NCBI GenBank assembly: GCA_050331235.1 | Contig: JBHJHA010000015.1 | Span: forward strand, 1 to 64,000 | Direction: 5' to 3' | DNA: 64,000 nucleotides | Source of the DNA: Leptolyngbyaceae cyanobacterium | Lineage (GTDB): Bacteria; Cyanobacteriota; Cyanobacteriia; Phormidesmidales; Phormidesmidaceae | Position numbers and translations under genes: made by a program | Notes under the pieces: model-generated | What the model was told of the DNA's origin: nothing | The model's input: only the letters and a program-made list of their open reading frames with translations | Database searches by the model: none | In this document: positions 10,519-21,080 of the stretch, in pieces | Position numbering within the stretch: position 1 is the stretch's first letter | Layout: each line of letters starts with the position of its first letter

Positions 10519-11734
10519 CTTCAGGGTTTACCAATCGCCAAAGCTTCTGCTTGATTTGAATATCAAAGACTTCCCACTTGAGACGGTTGTAGTCGCCGTT
10601 TTCGTAAAAGCCCGAAAGGAAGCCAACGGGAATCTCAAACCCGCCTGCCGTGGTACGTCCGCCGCCAAAAAAGCGCCCTTCCAAATCTTGGCCAAACGCT
10701 TCTTTGATAAATTCATCGGGGTCGAGGGTGATTTTGCTGGTGCGCAGCGAGCCGATGACCACTTCCCGCTCTTCGTCTTCATCGTGAACGATGCCGTAAA
10801 CGACAGCTGTGTGGATATTTTCTTCAGTCACCAAGAAATCCGCGGCTTGGGGAATCGCGTCGCGATCGTCATAGCGTAAGTAACCGACTCCAGCAATGGA
10901 TACATTGTTTTGCACTGTGCGGTTACGCAGCGATCGCTCAATGACGTCCATCACGCGCTTAGAGCGAGACGCCCGCAAAATCGCCGCTAGCAGTTGCGGA
11001 TCGTAAAAATTGCTCAAATATGCCGCTGCCATAAAGTCGGCTTCAGCGGCATGCATGAGGTTGTTGGTGTCTGAACGTAGGCCATGCATTAGCGCCGTGG
11101 CACACTTGACGTGAATACCGTTGCTACGATCAAGGGTCAGTAGCTTACCGCTCTGCAAATACTGCGACAGAATGGTAGCGGTTGCACGAATACTAGGCCG
11201 CAGGTCGACCAAATTTGCATTAATGCTTTTTTGCGGCGTATGGTGATCGACGACGAGCAAAAGGTCGAGGTGGGATTGCTCAACGATGCGAGTGAGCTGA
11301 GTCGTGGTGCCCTGGGTGTCTAGTAATACATAGGCCTGATACTTTTCCAATTCCGGCCCCGTTTTCGACTGGGGATTCCAACGTCGGGCCGGCAATCCGG
11401 ATAGCCTAACGAGGGCAATATTTTCTTGGTGGCTGAGCGTTCCTCCATAGAAAATGTCGCATTCGATGTTGTACTGCTCACAGATTAGGCGATAAGCCCA
11501 AGCCGAAGACAGCGCATCAGGGTCAGGAAAGTCCTGGATTAAAACTAAATGGCGATCGCCCGAACGCTCTGCCAACAGCCTGTCAAGCTGATTGATAACA
11601 CCCGAGTTTGCGGGTTGAGGATAGTGCTTACTGGGCTCTTTTTTGACCGATGCAGTCCCCACCAATGACGAGCTAGCTTGAAGCGAAGTCGCATCGTCTA
11701 TGGCGTTGACAGAGGTCGGTATGGAGTCAGTCAC
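10496..11734 (-). CDS. DHH-family phosphoesterase (NrnA-like)
   Basis: PDPDALSS, VVDHH, GLRSDT, FGGGR..AGG; overlaps the sixA start. Confidence 0.85.
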   Translation of the reverse strand: MTDSIPTSVNAIDDATSLQASSSLVGTASVKKEPSKHYPQPANSGVINQLDRLLAERSGDRHLVLIQDFPDPDALSSAWAYRLICEQYNIECDIFYGGTLSHQENIALVRLSGLPARRWNPQSKTGPELEKYQAYVLLDTQGTTTQLTRIVEQSHLDLLLVVDHHTPQKSINANLVDLRPSIRATATILSQYLQSGKLLTLDRSNGIHVKCATALMHGLRSDTNNLMHAAEADFMAAAYLSNFYDPQLLAAILRASRSKRVMDVIERSLRNRTVQNNVSIAGVGYLRYDDRDAIPQAADFLVTEENIHTAVVYGIVHDEDEEREVVIGSLRTSKITLDPDEFIKEAFGQDLEGRFFGGGRTTAGGFEIPVGFLSGFYENGDYNRLKWEVFDIQIKQKLWRLVNPEDGLISTD

Positions 11735-12267
11735 AAGTTGCTCTCTAGATGTGTATTACCAAGATAACGCTCAGACTTACCCAACGCACCCCTCAAAAGT
11801 TCCAGACCATGGACATCGAAAGTCTTTACTCCCTGACCACAACGCCGTCTGGTAGCGGGCTCGCGGCAGGGCACGCTGAAGGTTCCTGCGCCCCATCTCT
11901 GCCTTGATTGCTAGGTTCAGTCTTTCTCTGGGTAGAAAGCTGTTATGGTAGATGCAGCTAGGATGAGATTGTTCTTAGGAACTACTTTTTCAATATTCGG
12001 TTAACCGAACGTTATTTCCCGTGGACAGAGTAGTTTCTTGTGCTATCTTGACCAGGTGAAAATCAAATAGTCAAAGCAGCCATAGTTTCAGAGGCTGTCC
12101 AGAAAATCTTTACACCATCAGTTTTTAAGGGTTAAGCGAGTTTTAGATACTGCGTTGCGAGTGTCATTAGCTTTTTACCTGTTACTAGAAGGCTGTGTGC
12201 AAACTCTGGAAAGTGCTGGGGCGGCTGAGACATTGTGTAATTTGTGTAGGTTTTTCAAAATTTTCAT

Positions 12268-12501
12268 ATGAGTGAAACGTCAACAAGCCAAAAGGTTGTT
12301 CACCCAATGGCGAAGTTTCAAAGGCAAGTGCAGTCTTTGGTTAAGCGGCAGGTCGTGAAGCCCGAGGAGAGTATCTGGAAAATCGCGTTCTTGTTTGGCG
12401 ACGAGTGGCCCCACTGGCGTCAAGAATTAGAAGACTTCGATTTTTCCACCAAAGATCCCATCAGCGATTTGCTAGCGGTAGAGTCGTGGGAAGAAGAGTA
12501 A
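12268..12501 (+). CDS. Small cyanobacterial protein, DUF4327-like
   Basis: VVHPMAKFQRQVQSLV...IWKIAFLFGDEW...VESWEEE pattern. Confidence 0.7.
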   Translation: MSETSTSQKVVHPMAKFQRQVQSLVKRQVVKPEESIWKIAFLFGDEWPHWRQELEDFDFSTKDPISDLLAVESWEEE

Positions 12502-12721
12502 TCGTCCCTGTGCTGAAAAGAACTGCCTAGCTTGCTACTGCTGGTTGCTGGTAGTAGTACATCTCTGACGAGGCAAATTGCCAAAGCTGCGATATCTGCG
12601 GATAAGCGATCGCGCTTTGGCAATTTTTGCGATAACTGCAGGTTGAGTGTCGCCGTTGCTGAGTGATGCCGTCAGGTTTGGCTACTTTCGAGCAAACTCT
12701 GCACCCTTTTTCGCTTTGAGG

Positions 12722-13588
12722 TCAGGCAAACACAACCGTACGGTTGCCATAGACCAGCACTCGGTTTTGCAGATGGAGCCGGACGCCTCTGGCCAAAACA
12801 ATGCGTTCCAAGTCTTTACCCTTGCGAATCAGATCTTTCACATCGTCACGATGAGAGATGCGTACGACATCTTGCTCAATGATGGGACCCGCATCTAGGT
12901 TCTCTGTCACGTAGTGGGCCGTAGCGCCAATGATTTTTACACCGCGCTCGTGGGCCCGATGATAGGGTTGAGCTCCCATAAAAGCAGGCAAAAACGAATG
13001 GTGAATGTTGATCACCTGGCTGAATTGACTGAGAAAATCGCCGCTCAGAATTTGCATATATTTGGCCAACACCACCAAATCAATTTGGTACTTTTGCAGC
13101 AGGACCAACTGCTGGGCCTCCTGTTCCCGTTTATTTTCTGCATTGATCGGCACGTAATGAAAGGCAATGTTGAACTGTTCTGCAATGGGCTTGAGGCATT
13201 CGTGGTTGCTGATGATCAGGGGGATTTCAGCAGCAAATTCTTTAGCCTGATGACGCCAAAGCAGGTCAAGCAAACAGTGGTCTTGGCGACTGACCCAAAT
13301 AGCGATGCGGGGCACCGTGTCAGAAAAGCAGAGTTGCCAATCTGCCCGTAGGGGCTGAGCGATTGCGTTGAACGCCGGTCCAATCAAGTCTCGAGGCAAG
13401 TTGAAGCCATTCAGCCGCCATTCTAGGCGCGACAGAAACAAGCCACTGGCCTCATCGCGGTGCTGATCAGCATGAATGATATTGCCGCCATTGGCATAGA
13501 TAAAGTTGGCAATTTTAGCCACTAGTCCCTGTTGGTCAGGGCAGGAAATCAACAGCGTAGCCGAAGGAGAGTGCGTAGAATGCGTCAT
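12722..13588 (-). CDS. purU: Formyltetrahydrofolate deformylase
   Basis: ACT domain SCPDQQGLVAKI; INIHHSFLPAF.GA.PYH; GVKIIGATAHYVT. Confidence 0.93.
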   Translation of the reverse strand: MTHSTHSPSATLLISCPDQQGLVAKIANFIYANGGNIIHADQHRDEASGLFLSRLEWRLNGFNLPRDLIGPAFNAIAQPLRADWQLCFSDTVPRIAIWVSRQDHCLLDLLWRHQAKEFAAEIPLIISNHECLKPIAEQFNIAFHYVPINAENKREQEAQQLVLLQKYQIDLVVLAKYMQILSGDFLSQFSQVINIHHSFLPAFMGAQPYHRAHERGVKIIGATAHYVTENLDAGPIIEQDVVRISHRDDVKDLIRKGKDLERIVLARGVRLHLQNRVLVYGNRTVVFA

Positions 13589-13750
13589 AACCATTGGGCA
13601 AAGGCCCGTTGCCGACAGTAAACCATCCAAAGCTTTGACCCATCTTATGGGATACAGACCCCGGCGAATACAATTTTGGGGACCTGCTACGATATCGGCC
13701 CTGTGAGCAAAATTATCTTTCTTAGCCAGTACCGCTTGGGGCAATCTGTT

Positions 13751-14509
13751 TCACTCATCGTTAGCCTGGGGAATGTCCTCCTCGGAGTCGGTTTCATCAG
13801 CGATAGGAGCAGGGGAAGTCTCAGGCGCGGTGGAAGTATCTCCATCGGCGCTGTCTTCAACCGTGCCGTCGGCATCAGTGTTTGAAGTACCATCGGCTTC
13901 CTCGTCGTCTTCGGCTGGGGCTGGTTCGTCCACGGGAGCTTGCCACTCATCAAGGGGCCGATCCACACCGTTGAGAATGTTTTGAGCGACGATCGCCACT
14001 TCGATTTCACCGCTGTCTGCTGACAGGGGAAACGTTGCCGGATCAACTAACGCATAGTAGTTTTGCCCGCTAAAATCAGCCCCACCCAAGATTAATTGAT
14101 GGGTGTCGCCATTGACTAAGGTCAGCTCAACTGTAGAGAAGGGCGTCTCAAAACCAAAGTCTGCCTGATTGGCTGCGTCGGCCACCGTTGTTTTGACCAG
14201 TCCATCGGTGGTGAGACGACTCAGCAGAAAAGCGATCGCGGCCTCCTCAGCGGGCTGCATTTCTGGGATGGTCATTTGCCAAAACCCCTCGTCATCTTTT
14301 TCAAAGGCGACGGTAGGCTGTCCCGTAGTTTCAATGCTCAAGGTAGTGACATCTGCTTCTTCAAACCCAAAGACGGGGGCTGCAGCGGTCTCGCGATCGC
14401 CACTGACGGGTCGATTAGACGTTGACTGCTGCGCCTGGGTAAAAAGTATGATGCCCCCCAGCCCCAGGGCGATCGCAACTAAAAGCAGGGTGCTGCGCTG
14501 TAATTTCAT
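13751..14509 (-). CDS. DUF4340-type membrane-anchored accessory protein of the Gld-type ABC system
   Basis: N-terminal anchor, W-x-M..P and DFG...P motifs, acidic tail; last gene of the ABC operon. Confidence 0.65.
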   Translation of the reverse strand: MKLQRSTLLLVAIALGLGGIILFTQAQQSTSNRPVSGDRETAAAPVFGFEEADVTTLSIETTGQPTVAFEKDDEGFWQMTIPEMQPAEEAAIAFLLSRLTTDGLVKTTVADAANQADFGFETPFSTVELTLVNGDTHQLILGGADFSGQNYYALVDPATFPLSADSGEIEVAIVAQNILNGVDRPLDEWQAPVDEPAPAEDDEEADGTSNTDADGTVEDSADGDTSTAPETSPAPIADETDSEEDIPQANDE

Positions 14510-14513
14510 GCCT

Positions 14514-16187
14514 TTATCGTCGTCTAAACGCCATCAAAATTGCTAGTGCTAAGCCAGTCAGGGGTAAAACTGCGAGGGAAAAGATGCCCAAGCCCCAAGC
14601 TTGCTGCCCCGTAATTGACAGGCGACGCTCGGTCACCGTTTTAGGCTGAATCGATAGCGTCGCGTCAGCTTCTTGGCCTAACCAGTTCACGGAGTTGAGG
14701 AACAGATCGCCGTTCAATTGTTGATTAAAGGAGCCGTTGGCGGCAAAGCTTGAGTTGCCAATGACGACCAGCCGCGATTCGGCTGCCGCTTCCTGGTCAG
14801 GGGTAGCCTCGGTGGCCGTTGAAGTATCGGATTCGGCTTCTGATGCACTGTCCGCCTCAGCGGCGGCCTCGGGGGAGCTCGTATCGGCAGCAGACTCGCG
14901 ATCTGCGGGCCGGCTCAAAGCCACCCCCAAGACGTAAGGCCCTTCGGGTGGGGCATTGGGGTCAAAGTTTAAATTGCCATCATCGGAGATGGCCTCTGCC
15001 CGACTCTGGGCATCGGTGAACAACAAGGGCGAGGTTTCGATATCAGGCAGTTCACGGCTTTCAACCGGGCGCGCCAAAGGGAAAAATGATCGCCCATTGC
15101 CAAATTCTGCGGTGATGGGATGACTCCCATAGTTCGTCACGATGGGGGCTGCAGGGCCCAGGCCGACAAACTGCCCGGCGCCCGAGGTATCGAGCACCAG
15201 GCGATCGTCCAAAATGACGCCCCACTCGTCCAATAGCGAGTTTAGCCCAGCGTCAGAGCGCGGATCGAGCAGCAACAGCAGGCCGCCACCGTTGTCTAAA
15301 TACTCGGTTAGAGCCTCGACCTCTGCGGCAAAAAAGTCCTGGGCTGGACCGGCAACGACCACGACATCCGCCTCGGCGGGCACGCCTTGGGCTTCTGCTA
15401 GGTTCAGCGGTTCGACCTGGTAGCGCTTTGCCTCCAAACTCTCGACGGCCTGGGTCAAGGCGGCATCGGCCCCAGTAATCGCTGGTTCGCCATGTCCTTG
15501 CAGGAAGTAAACCGCTAACGTGCGATCGCTAACGACCTGGGCCAGCGCATTGGTCAACTGCCGCTCCGAAAGCATTTCCGCCGTGCCAAAGCTTTCTGGA
15601 TCGGCCGTGCTGCCGATGGTCTGCAAAAAGCGGCGATCATCGCCGATCTCTAAAAACACCATGCCAGCCTGGGTCGCCCCAAAGGCTTGGGCCACCGTCG
15701 GATTGGCAAACGGATCGACATAGTCATAGTCAAAATTATTGCCAACTCGCCGATAGCTGTTCAGCAGTTGCACATCTTGGGGATTGTGCACCGCGTCAAA
15801 AATCACCAGACGAGTCGGTTCTTCCAAATTTTGCAATACGGTTTTGGTGGCTGGTGCAAGGGTGAAAAGCTGGTTTTCAGTGAGGTCGTAGCGAGCGCCG
15901 TTTTGCACGGCCAAAAAGTTTACCAAGCCGAGAATTACCACCACCGCGATCGTGGCCACCACTGCATTCGTACCTGCCTGGGTTGAGCGCTGCCGCCAAA
16001 AAGCGCCAGCGTTGTCGCCGCTAAAGCTCAAACCAAACAGCAGCAGGCCAATGCCGCCAATCAACAATACTGTGGGCAGCAGTTGCCAGCCGGACAAGCT
16101 GCCAGCCACTAACCCCGCTGTGGCACAGGCGAGCCCTGGCCAAGTGAGAAACTTGAGCCACTTTTGAGAAGATGCAAACACTTTCAT
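14514..16187 (-). CDS. GldG-family ABC transporter auxiliary protein
   Basis: RYDLTENQLFTL, VYFLQGHGE, NGDLFLNSVNWL, C-terminal TM ending RRR; real start MKVF at 16187. Confidence 0.85.
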   Translation of the reverse strand: MKVFASSQKWLKFLTWPGLACATAGLVAGSLSGWQLLPTVLLIGGIGLLLFGLSFSGDNAGAFWRQRSTQAGTNAVVATIAVVVILGLVNFLAVQNGARYDLTENQLFTLAPATKTVLQNLEEPTRLVIFDAVHNPQDVQLLNSYRRVGNNFDYDYVDPFANPTVAQAFGATQAGMVFLEIGDDRRFLQTIGSTADPESFGTAEMLSERQLTNALAQVVSDRTLAVYFLQGHGEPAITGADAALTQAVESLEAKRYQVEPLNLAEAQGVPAEADVVVVAGPAQDFFAAEVEALTEYLDNGGGLLLLLDPRSDAGLNSLLDEWGVILDDRLVLDTSGAGQFVGLGPAAPIVTNYGSHPITAEFGNGRSFFPLARPVESRELPDIETSPLLFTDAQSRAEAISDDGNLNFDPNAPPEGPYVLGVALSRPADRESAADTSSPEAAAEADSASEAESDTSTATEATPDQEAAAESRLVVIGNSSFAANGSFNQQLNGDLFLNSVNWLGQEADATLSIQPKTVTERRLSITGQQAWGLGIFSLAVLPLTGLALAILMAFRRR

Positions 16188-16234
16188 AGCGATTGGGGGG
16201 GTTAAATATGATTCAGCTAGCGGGCTTGATGACG

Positions 16235-17053
16235 CTAGTTGCGCTGAAACCGCAGCGCCTCGATGGACTGGGCGGTGAGAAACAGCCCTAACAGACAGTA
16301 GGACAAAAACAGCACAATGCTGCTGATGTCGACGATGCCCTGGGTAAAGTCTGTAAAGTGCTGCAGCATGGATAAATGGTTGAGCGCCTCCCCTAGCCAG
16401 CCGGGAATCGCCCGCGCCACCGCATCGACAATCCACAAAAAGATCACCAGGGCAAAGGTCAAAATGGCCGCAACAACCGTACTGCTGGTCAAGGACGAGA
16501 GAAACATGCCCAGCGAAAGTACGCTGGCTGCCAGCAGCAGCAGCCCCAGATTGCCCACGAGGAGTAGATTAGGAGAAATTGTCGGCTCCGCCGTGCCCAG
16601 GGCGATCGCCACACACAACATTAGTGGCAGCACCATGCCGAGATAAAACGTGACGACCGCCAGCAGCTTACCGAGTGCCACCACCCAATTCATAACTGGA
16701 GACGTCGCCAGCAGCTCCAAAGTGCCCTGCTTACGCTCTTCGGCATAGAGCCCCATGGAGAGAATCGGGAGGATAAACATGGACAGCGAGCCAATGATGC
16801 CAAAGTAACCCTTTAAAAACTCATAGGCTACATCCAAAGGGGCTAACGCTAGCCCTAACTGCTGAGCTTGATCGCGTTGCGCGACTTGGGCGAGCAACCC
16901 TTCAGGACTGAATAAGATCACGACCAGAAAGAAGCCCCCCAAAAGCCAAAAAATGCCCGCGATGATATACGCCAGTGGTGACTCCAGATAGCTCTGGAGC
17001 TCGCGGCGGTAAATCGCCAAAATGTTGCCAATGACAGTTCGTAAGGCAGTCAT
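16235..17053 (-). CDS. ABC-2 permease (GldF-like)
   Basis: RRELQSY..SPLAY, AEERKQGTLELLATSP; about six TM segments. Confidence 0.88.
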   Translation of the reverse strand: MTALRTVIGNILAIYRRELQSYLESPLAYIIAGIFWLLGGFFLVVILFSPEGLLAQVAQRDQAQQLGLALAPLDVAYEFLKGYFGIIGSLSMFILPILSMGLYAEERKQGTLELLATSPVMNWVVALGKLLAVVTFYLGMVLPLMLCVAIALGTAEPTISPNLLLVGNLGLLLLAASVLSLGMFLSSLTSSTVVAAILTFALVIFLWIVDAVARAIPGWLGEALNHLSMLQHFTDFTQGIVDISSIVLFLSYCLLGLFLTAQSIEALRFQRN

Positions 17054-17061
17054 AGAGGTTC

Positions 17062-18192
17062 CTAATCAATGCTGTTTGACGAGTGGTTGGCTTCAGGATC
17101 TGCTTTATCGGCAGGGGCTGCGTCGTGCCGCGCCTTCTCATCTGAATCAAGCGATATCCCTAGGGTCGGAGCACCGGTCTTGCCATCATTCGCCACGTCA
17201 GTTGCCGGTTCAGCGGTTGCAGATGCAGATGTCGCGGCGGTGGGAGGCACCGCCGGTTCCTCAGTGGTCAAGTTGAGGAAAACATCTTCGAGGCTGGCTT
17301 GATGGCGCCGCAGCTCACACAGGCCAAATCCAGCATTGACAATTGCTGCCGCAATCTCTTCTCCCGGATCTTTTTCGCGGGCTTTGACGATGAAGCGAAA
17401 GCGGGAATCTCGCTGGGTTTGGGAGGCGACCAGCTCCACGGTATCGACTCCGTAAATGGTGGCCAGGGTTTGCTGCACTGCAGCCGGTGCTCCCCGCACT
17501 TCTAAGTCGTAGCTGACTGCCCCCGTGAGCTGATCCATTAAGGATTTGAGGTTACCGGCGGCGACCAGTTGCCCCCGGTTGATAATAGCTACGCGGTTAC
17601 AGGTCGCATCCACCTCCGGCAGAATGTGGGTTGACAGAATAATCGTGTGGTCTCCCGCCAAATTGCGAATCAGCGATCGCACCTCACTGTTTTGCCGCGG
17701 ATCAAGACCTGAAGTCGGCTCGTCGAGCACAATGACCGGCGGATCGTGAACAATTGCTTGGGCAATACCGACCCGCTGCCGAAAGCCTTTAGATAATTTA
17801 CGAATTAATACTGATCGCTTTTCGGTTAGGCCGCAGCGCTGGATGGCATAGTCGACCTGCTGGGGGCGATCGCCCGCTACGACCCCTTTGATACGTCCAA
17901 CGAAGTGCAAATATGCCTCCACTGTCATATCGAGATACAGCGGCGGGCGCTCAGGCAAATAGCCGATGCGCTGCCGCACCGCCATCGAATCGGTGTGAAC
18001 GTCAAAGTCAGCGACCTTGGCCGTGCCGCTGGTGGCTGGCAAATAGCCCGTCAAAATGCGCATGGTAGTCGTTTTACCAGCACCGTTGGGGCCCAAAAAT
18101 CCCAGGATTTCCCCTGGCTCCACCTGAAAGGAGACATCTTTGAGGGCGACGGTTGAGCCGTATCGTTTATGCAGATGATCCACTTCAATCAT
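17062..18192 (-). CDS. ABC transporter ATP-binding protein (GldA-like)
   Basis: Walker A GPNGAGKT, LSKGFRQRVG, VLDEPTSGLDP. Confidence 0.92.
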   Translation of the reverse strand: MIEVDHLHKRYGSTVALKDVSFQVEPGEILGFLGPNGAGKTTTMRILTGYLPATSGTAKVADFDVHTDSMAVRQRIGYLPERPPLYLDMTVEAYLHFVGRIKGVVAGDRPQQVDYAIQRCGLTEKRSVLIRKLSKGFRQRVGIAQAIVHDPPVIVLDEPTSGLDPRQNSEVRSLIRNLAGDHTIILSTHILPEVDATCNRVAIINRGQLVAAGNLKSLMDQLTGAVSYDLEVRGAPAAVQQTLATIYGVDTVELVASQTQRDSRFRFIVKAREKDPGEEIAAAIVNAGFGLCELRRHQASLEDVFLNLTTEEPAVPPTAATSASATAEPATDVANDGKTGAPTLGISLDSDEKARHDAAPADKADPEANHSSNSID

Positions 18193-18482
18193 GGGAGAAA
18201 GCCGCCTCGCGGTGATGAAAAGAGAATGACTGGTAGGGCATCGTAGAAGGTTTAACTCAAGCCTTTAGGTTCAAAATTGTAGCTAATTGCTTTCAGCGCC
18301 TTTCACTCTAGCGTCTACCCTGTCAGGATGATCAAAGAAGATCTTGATAGCCGAGCGGCGATCGCCCGCTTGGTCAATTAGTCTCGATCATTCTGGCTTT
18401 ATTTCACCTCGCCCACCTCAAAAGCTACTGCCTGAGGTCAAGAGGCGGTAGCATAGCTGCTCAAAGTTCTGAGTCCACCCCC

Positions 18483-18956
18483 ATGTCTAACCCAACTCCC
18501 TCCGCTGGCATAACTGATGCTGACTTAGATGCAGCGTTACCGGAAGGCCCCGGTGCTAGCTTCACATTTTTGTATTACTTCTTAACGGCAGGCACCATCA
18601 CTGGGCTGTTTGCGGCGCGGCTATTTGGGGTGGGGCTCGCCACGCCGTTGCCCACTGAGGTGGCCATCGCGGGCGGGTTGACGGGCGGCTTACTGGGTGT
18701 GTGGTTTAACCGCTCTCAAACGCTGACCATCCCGTTCACCCATCAAAAGCGATTTCGCCAGCGCCTAGAGACCACGCTGCAAACTATGGGATACGCCTTA
18801 GACGCGACTGAAGGCACCCTGTCACGATACCAAAAACCCAATGCCAGCCGGCTTTTTGCGGGAGATATCTACGTTCAGTGGCGATCGCAGTCTGTTGTGT
18901 TGGTCAGTCGAGCCAGTAATATCCGCGCCCTTGCTAAGCGTTTGCCAGCGGCCTGA
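18483..18956 (+). CDS. Hypothetical membrane protein
   Basis: 157-aa ORF with two hydrophobic segments filling an intergenic gap. Confidence 0.6.
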   Translation: MSNPTPSAGITDADLDAALPEGPGASFTFLYYFLTAGTITGLFAARLFGVGLATPLPTEVAIAGGLTGGLLGVWFNRSQTLTIPFTHQKRFRQRLETTLQTMGYALDATEGTLSRYQKPNASRLFAGDIYVQWRSQSVVLVSRASNIRALAKRLPAA

Positions 18957-19159
18957 GGATGGAGATGGCAGTTTACATCGTCGATGAAAGACTGTTGCAA
19001 TAACAAAAGGGCATGCGCCGTTGTGATTGATCGCTTCCCCCGGCGTCAAGCTTTTCCCGACCCGGCGACTCAGCCATGGCTGCGCTGGAACTATAGGCTA
19101 GCCAGATTGCTGAATGGTTCAAAAGCCCATGTCCCAGGGGCACTGATAGGTACTTGCTG

Positions 19160-19405
19160 ATGGCTAAGAAACAAAAATATCCTCATCTTGTAGGTTCAAA
19201 GTGGACCGCTTCGCAGCAGACCTTTGGCTGGCGGCATTTTCAAGTGGTGAATCGCAAGAACGAAAATGGTCTGGTTTTTGCTGAATTGGTGGCCGCCTGT
19301 GACCCAGAAGTCCGGTTTTGGATCAACGCCAAAGGGTTAAAAAACCGTCAGGCTTGGATGGCGGGGTGGCAATCTCTACAAGAGCAAGCCAGTCGTTCGA
19401 TGTAA
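19160..19405 (+). CDS. TIGR02450-type Trp-rich conserved protein
   Basis: LVGSKWTA...GWRHFQV...FWIN..L...W.AGW pattern. Confidence 0.8.
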   Translation: MAKKQKYPHLVGSKWTASQQTFGWRHFQVVNRKNENGLVFAELVAACDPEVRFWINAKGLKNRQAWMAGWQSLQEQASRSM

Positions 19406-19451
19406 AAGATTGTTAAGGTGAAAGCGTTGCAAGCCTAAATCTGGCCCACAT

Positions 19452-19778
19452 ATGCATTTCTCCGAAATTGACAATTCTTCCGAAAAGCCGTTCATGCAAA
19501 CGGTGCTTGAGCCGCTGCTCGACGACTTTGACTATTGGTTTTCCGAAACGCAGTCTTTACTGGAGTCGTCGAAAGCTGACTGCTTGGCCGAGTCAGACCG
19601 CGAAGATTTGCTCCAGGAGCTCACCGAAACTCAGCAAGCTGTCGCGACGGCTCGTACCCTCATGCTGGCGACCGATGGCAACGCTGGCGTTGACACCGCC
19701 GTGGTGGGGCAATGGCACAAGTTGGTCAACAAGTGCTGGCAAACCTCGCGTTACATCCGTCAGCAAAACCAAAGCTGA
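19452..19778 (+). CDS. DUF2605-like cyanobacterial protein
   Basis: VLEPLLDDFDYWF...WHKLVNKCW. Confidence 0.75.
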   Translation: MHFSEIDNSSEKPFMQTVLEPLLDDFDYWFSETQSLLESSKADCLAESDREDLLQELTETQQAVATARTLMLATDGNAGVDTAVVGQWHKLVNKCWQTSRYIRQQNQS

Positions 19779-19783
19779 TTTTG

Positions 19784-19817
19784 CTTGACAGGGCGATCGC
19801 CTTGACAGGGCGATCGC
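19784..19817. repeat. Perfect 17-bp tandem duplication CTTGACAGGGCGATCGC x2
   Basis: Units at 19784-19800 and 19801-19817, each ending in HIP1. Confidence 0.9.
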
Positions 19818-19998
19818 TCTGACGCTTATCTATACAATTGACAAAACCCTCGATAAACGTTTTATTGATCGCCTGCGAACCATCGTCCCTGTTAGATAAA
19901 CTAAAGGGGCATCCCATCAAAAACGGTCGGTCTTGGGTTGCGATCGCAACCTTGCCCATGACCATGTAAAGCTCACAGGAAGCCACATCACAATCACT

Positions 19999-20304
19999 AT
20001 GCTGCACGCCCTCTATCTCGTCGCATTCGCAGTTTTGTCAGTGTTGGCGATCAGCAATCTCATCCGCAACATCATGTTGTTCGGCACTGACACGCGTCGT
20101 AACTCTAATCGTACCGCTGCTAGCGGTACCGGCACCGGCACTCAAAAGCTATCTACCCCTCACCCTGAGATGTTGGATGAGCGGGGGCAGGTTTTAGAGG
20201 AACCGCTACTGGTAATGAAATCCATCTCGTTGGAAGACGCCCGCGAGCAATTGGACGCCCTTTACAACGGCAATGTTGAAAACAGCTCGGAAGAAGACGC
20301 TTAA
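19999..20304 (+). CDS. DUF2973-like cyanobacterial protein
   Basis: MLHALYLVAF N-terminal TM, HPEMLD..G....EPLLVM. Confidence 0.75.
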   Translation: MLHALYLVAFAVLSVLAISNLIRNIMLFGTDTRRNSNRTAASGTGTGTQKLSTPHPEMLDERGQVLEEPLLVMKSISLEDAREQLDALYNGNVENSSEEDA

Positions 20305-20736
20305 TGAGCCTAAGTGATCCGCTAAGGCTTTGCTGACTAGCCCGTTAGCCATGCTATTCATCTCAAGCGTATGCCAATAGATACTGGCCCCCTGTTAAGC
20401 CTCCAAATGCAGGCAAAGAAGCTCTATTTTGTTCCAAACAACCTTTGTTAATTCAGAGCAAGGCTGGGATACCTCTGGCGAAGACTTTTCTGAAGCACGT
20501 TGCTATGCCTACCTTCGGCCTAGAATGAGCTTGGCTCTGCGCGATCGCCTCAACGCCCTTTAGGCTCAAGTCTTCCTTGCACCTCATCCCTACAGACATG
20601 GTTTTCTCCTATGAGCTTTGAGCATGCATAGGTTTTTCTCTACAGGTCGTCGACATGTAATTGGGATGTTTTCCTGTCAACAGATTGATCAGCCCACCCC
20701 TTAGGATTGAGAAGACCTTACCACCAGTGAACTCGT

Positions 20737-20997
20737 ATGGCCGATCGCTCATTGATGTATGCCGAATCTTATTTTGTACTGCTCATGCCAGGTGCAGACG
20801 AAGAGATCTTGACTGCTGAGGAACTGCAGCAGCACCTTGAAGCAATTTTGCGCGATCGCCAGGACTCGCTGCCCCGTGACGTGGCTAAGCAGTCTACCGT
20901 AGCAGCCCAAGCTAAGTATCTAATTGATACTGCTTGTGATTTTGAGCTCCAGCCCGGTCAAACCATGCAGTGGTTTGCCATTCGGTTGGAAAAATAA
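20737..20997 (+). CDS. Chlororespiratory reduction 7 (CRR7)-like NDH-1 assembly factor
   Basis: LMY..YFVLL.PG..EEILT..EL; L.DTAC.FEL.PG...QWFAIRLEK. Confidence 0.75.
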   Translation: MADRSLMYAESYFVLLMPGADEEILTAEELQQHLEAILRDRQDSLPRDVAKQSTVAAQAKYLIDTACDFELQPGQTMQWFAIRLEK

Positions 20998-21080
20998 ACA
21001 CCGTCGCGTCAAGGCTCCGTGAAGGAAACCAGACAAAAACGGTAGGCTATCTATGGTCAGCTTGATGAGCAGGAGACACT

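Noticed and set aside
16188..16436. N-terminal extension of the GldG-like ORF
   Set aside because: Overlaps the permease gene; the plausible start is MKVF at 16187.
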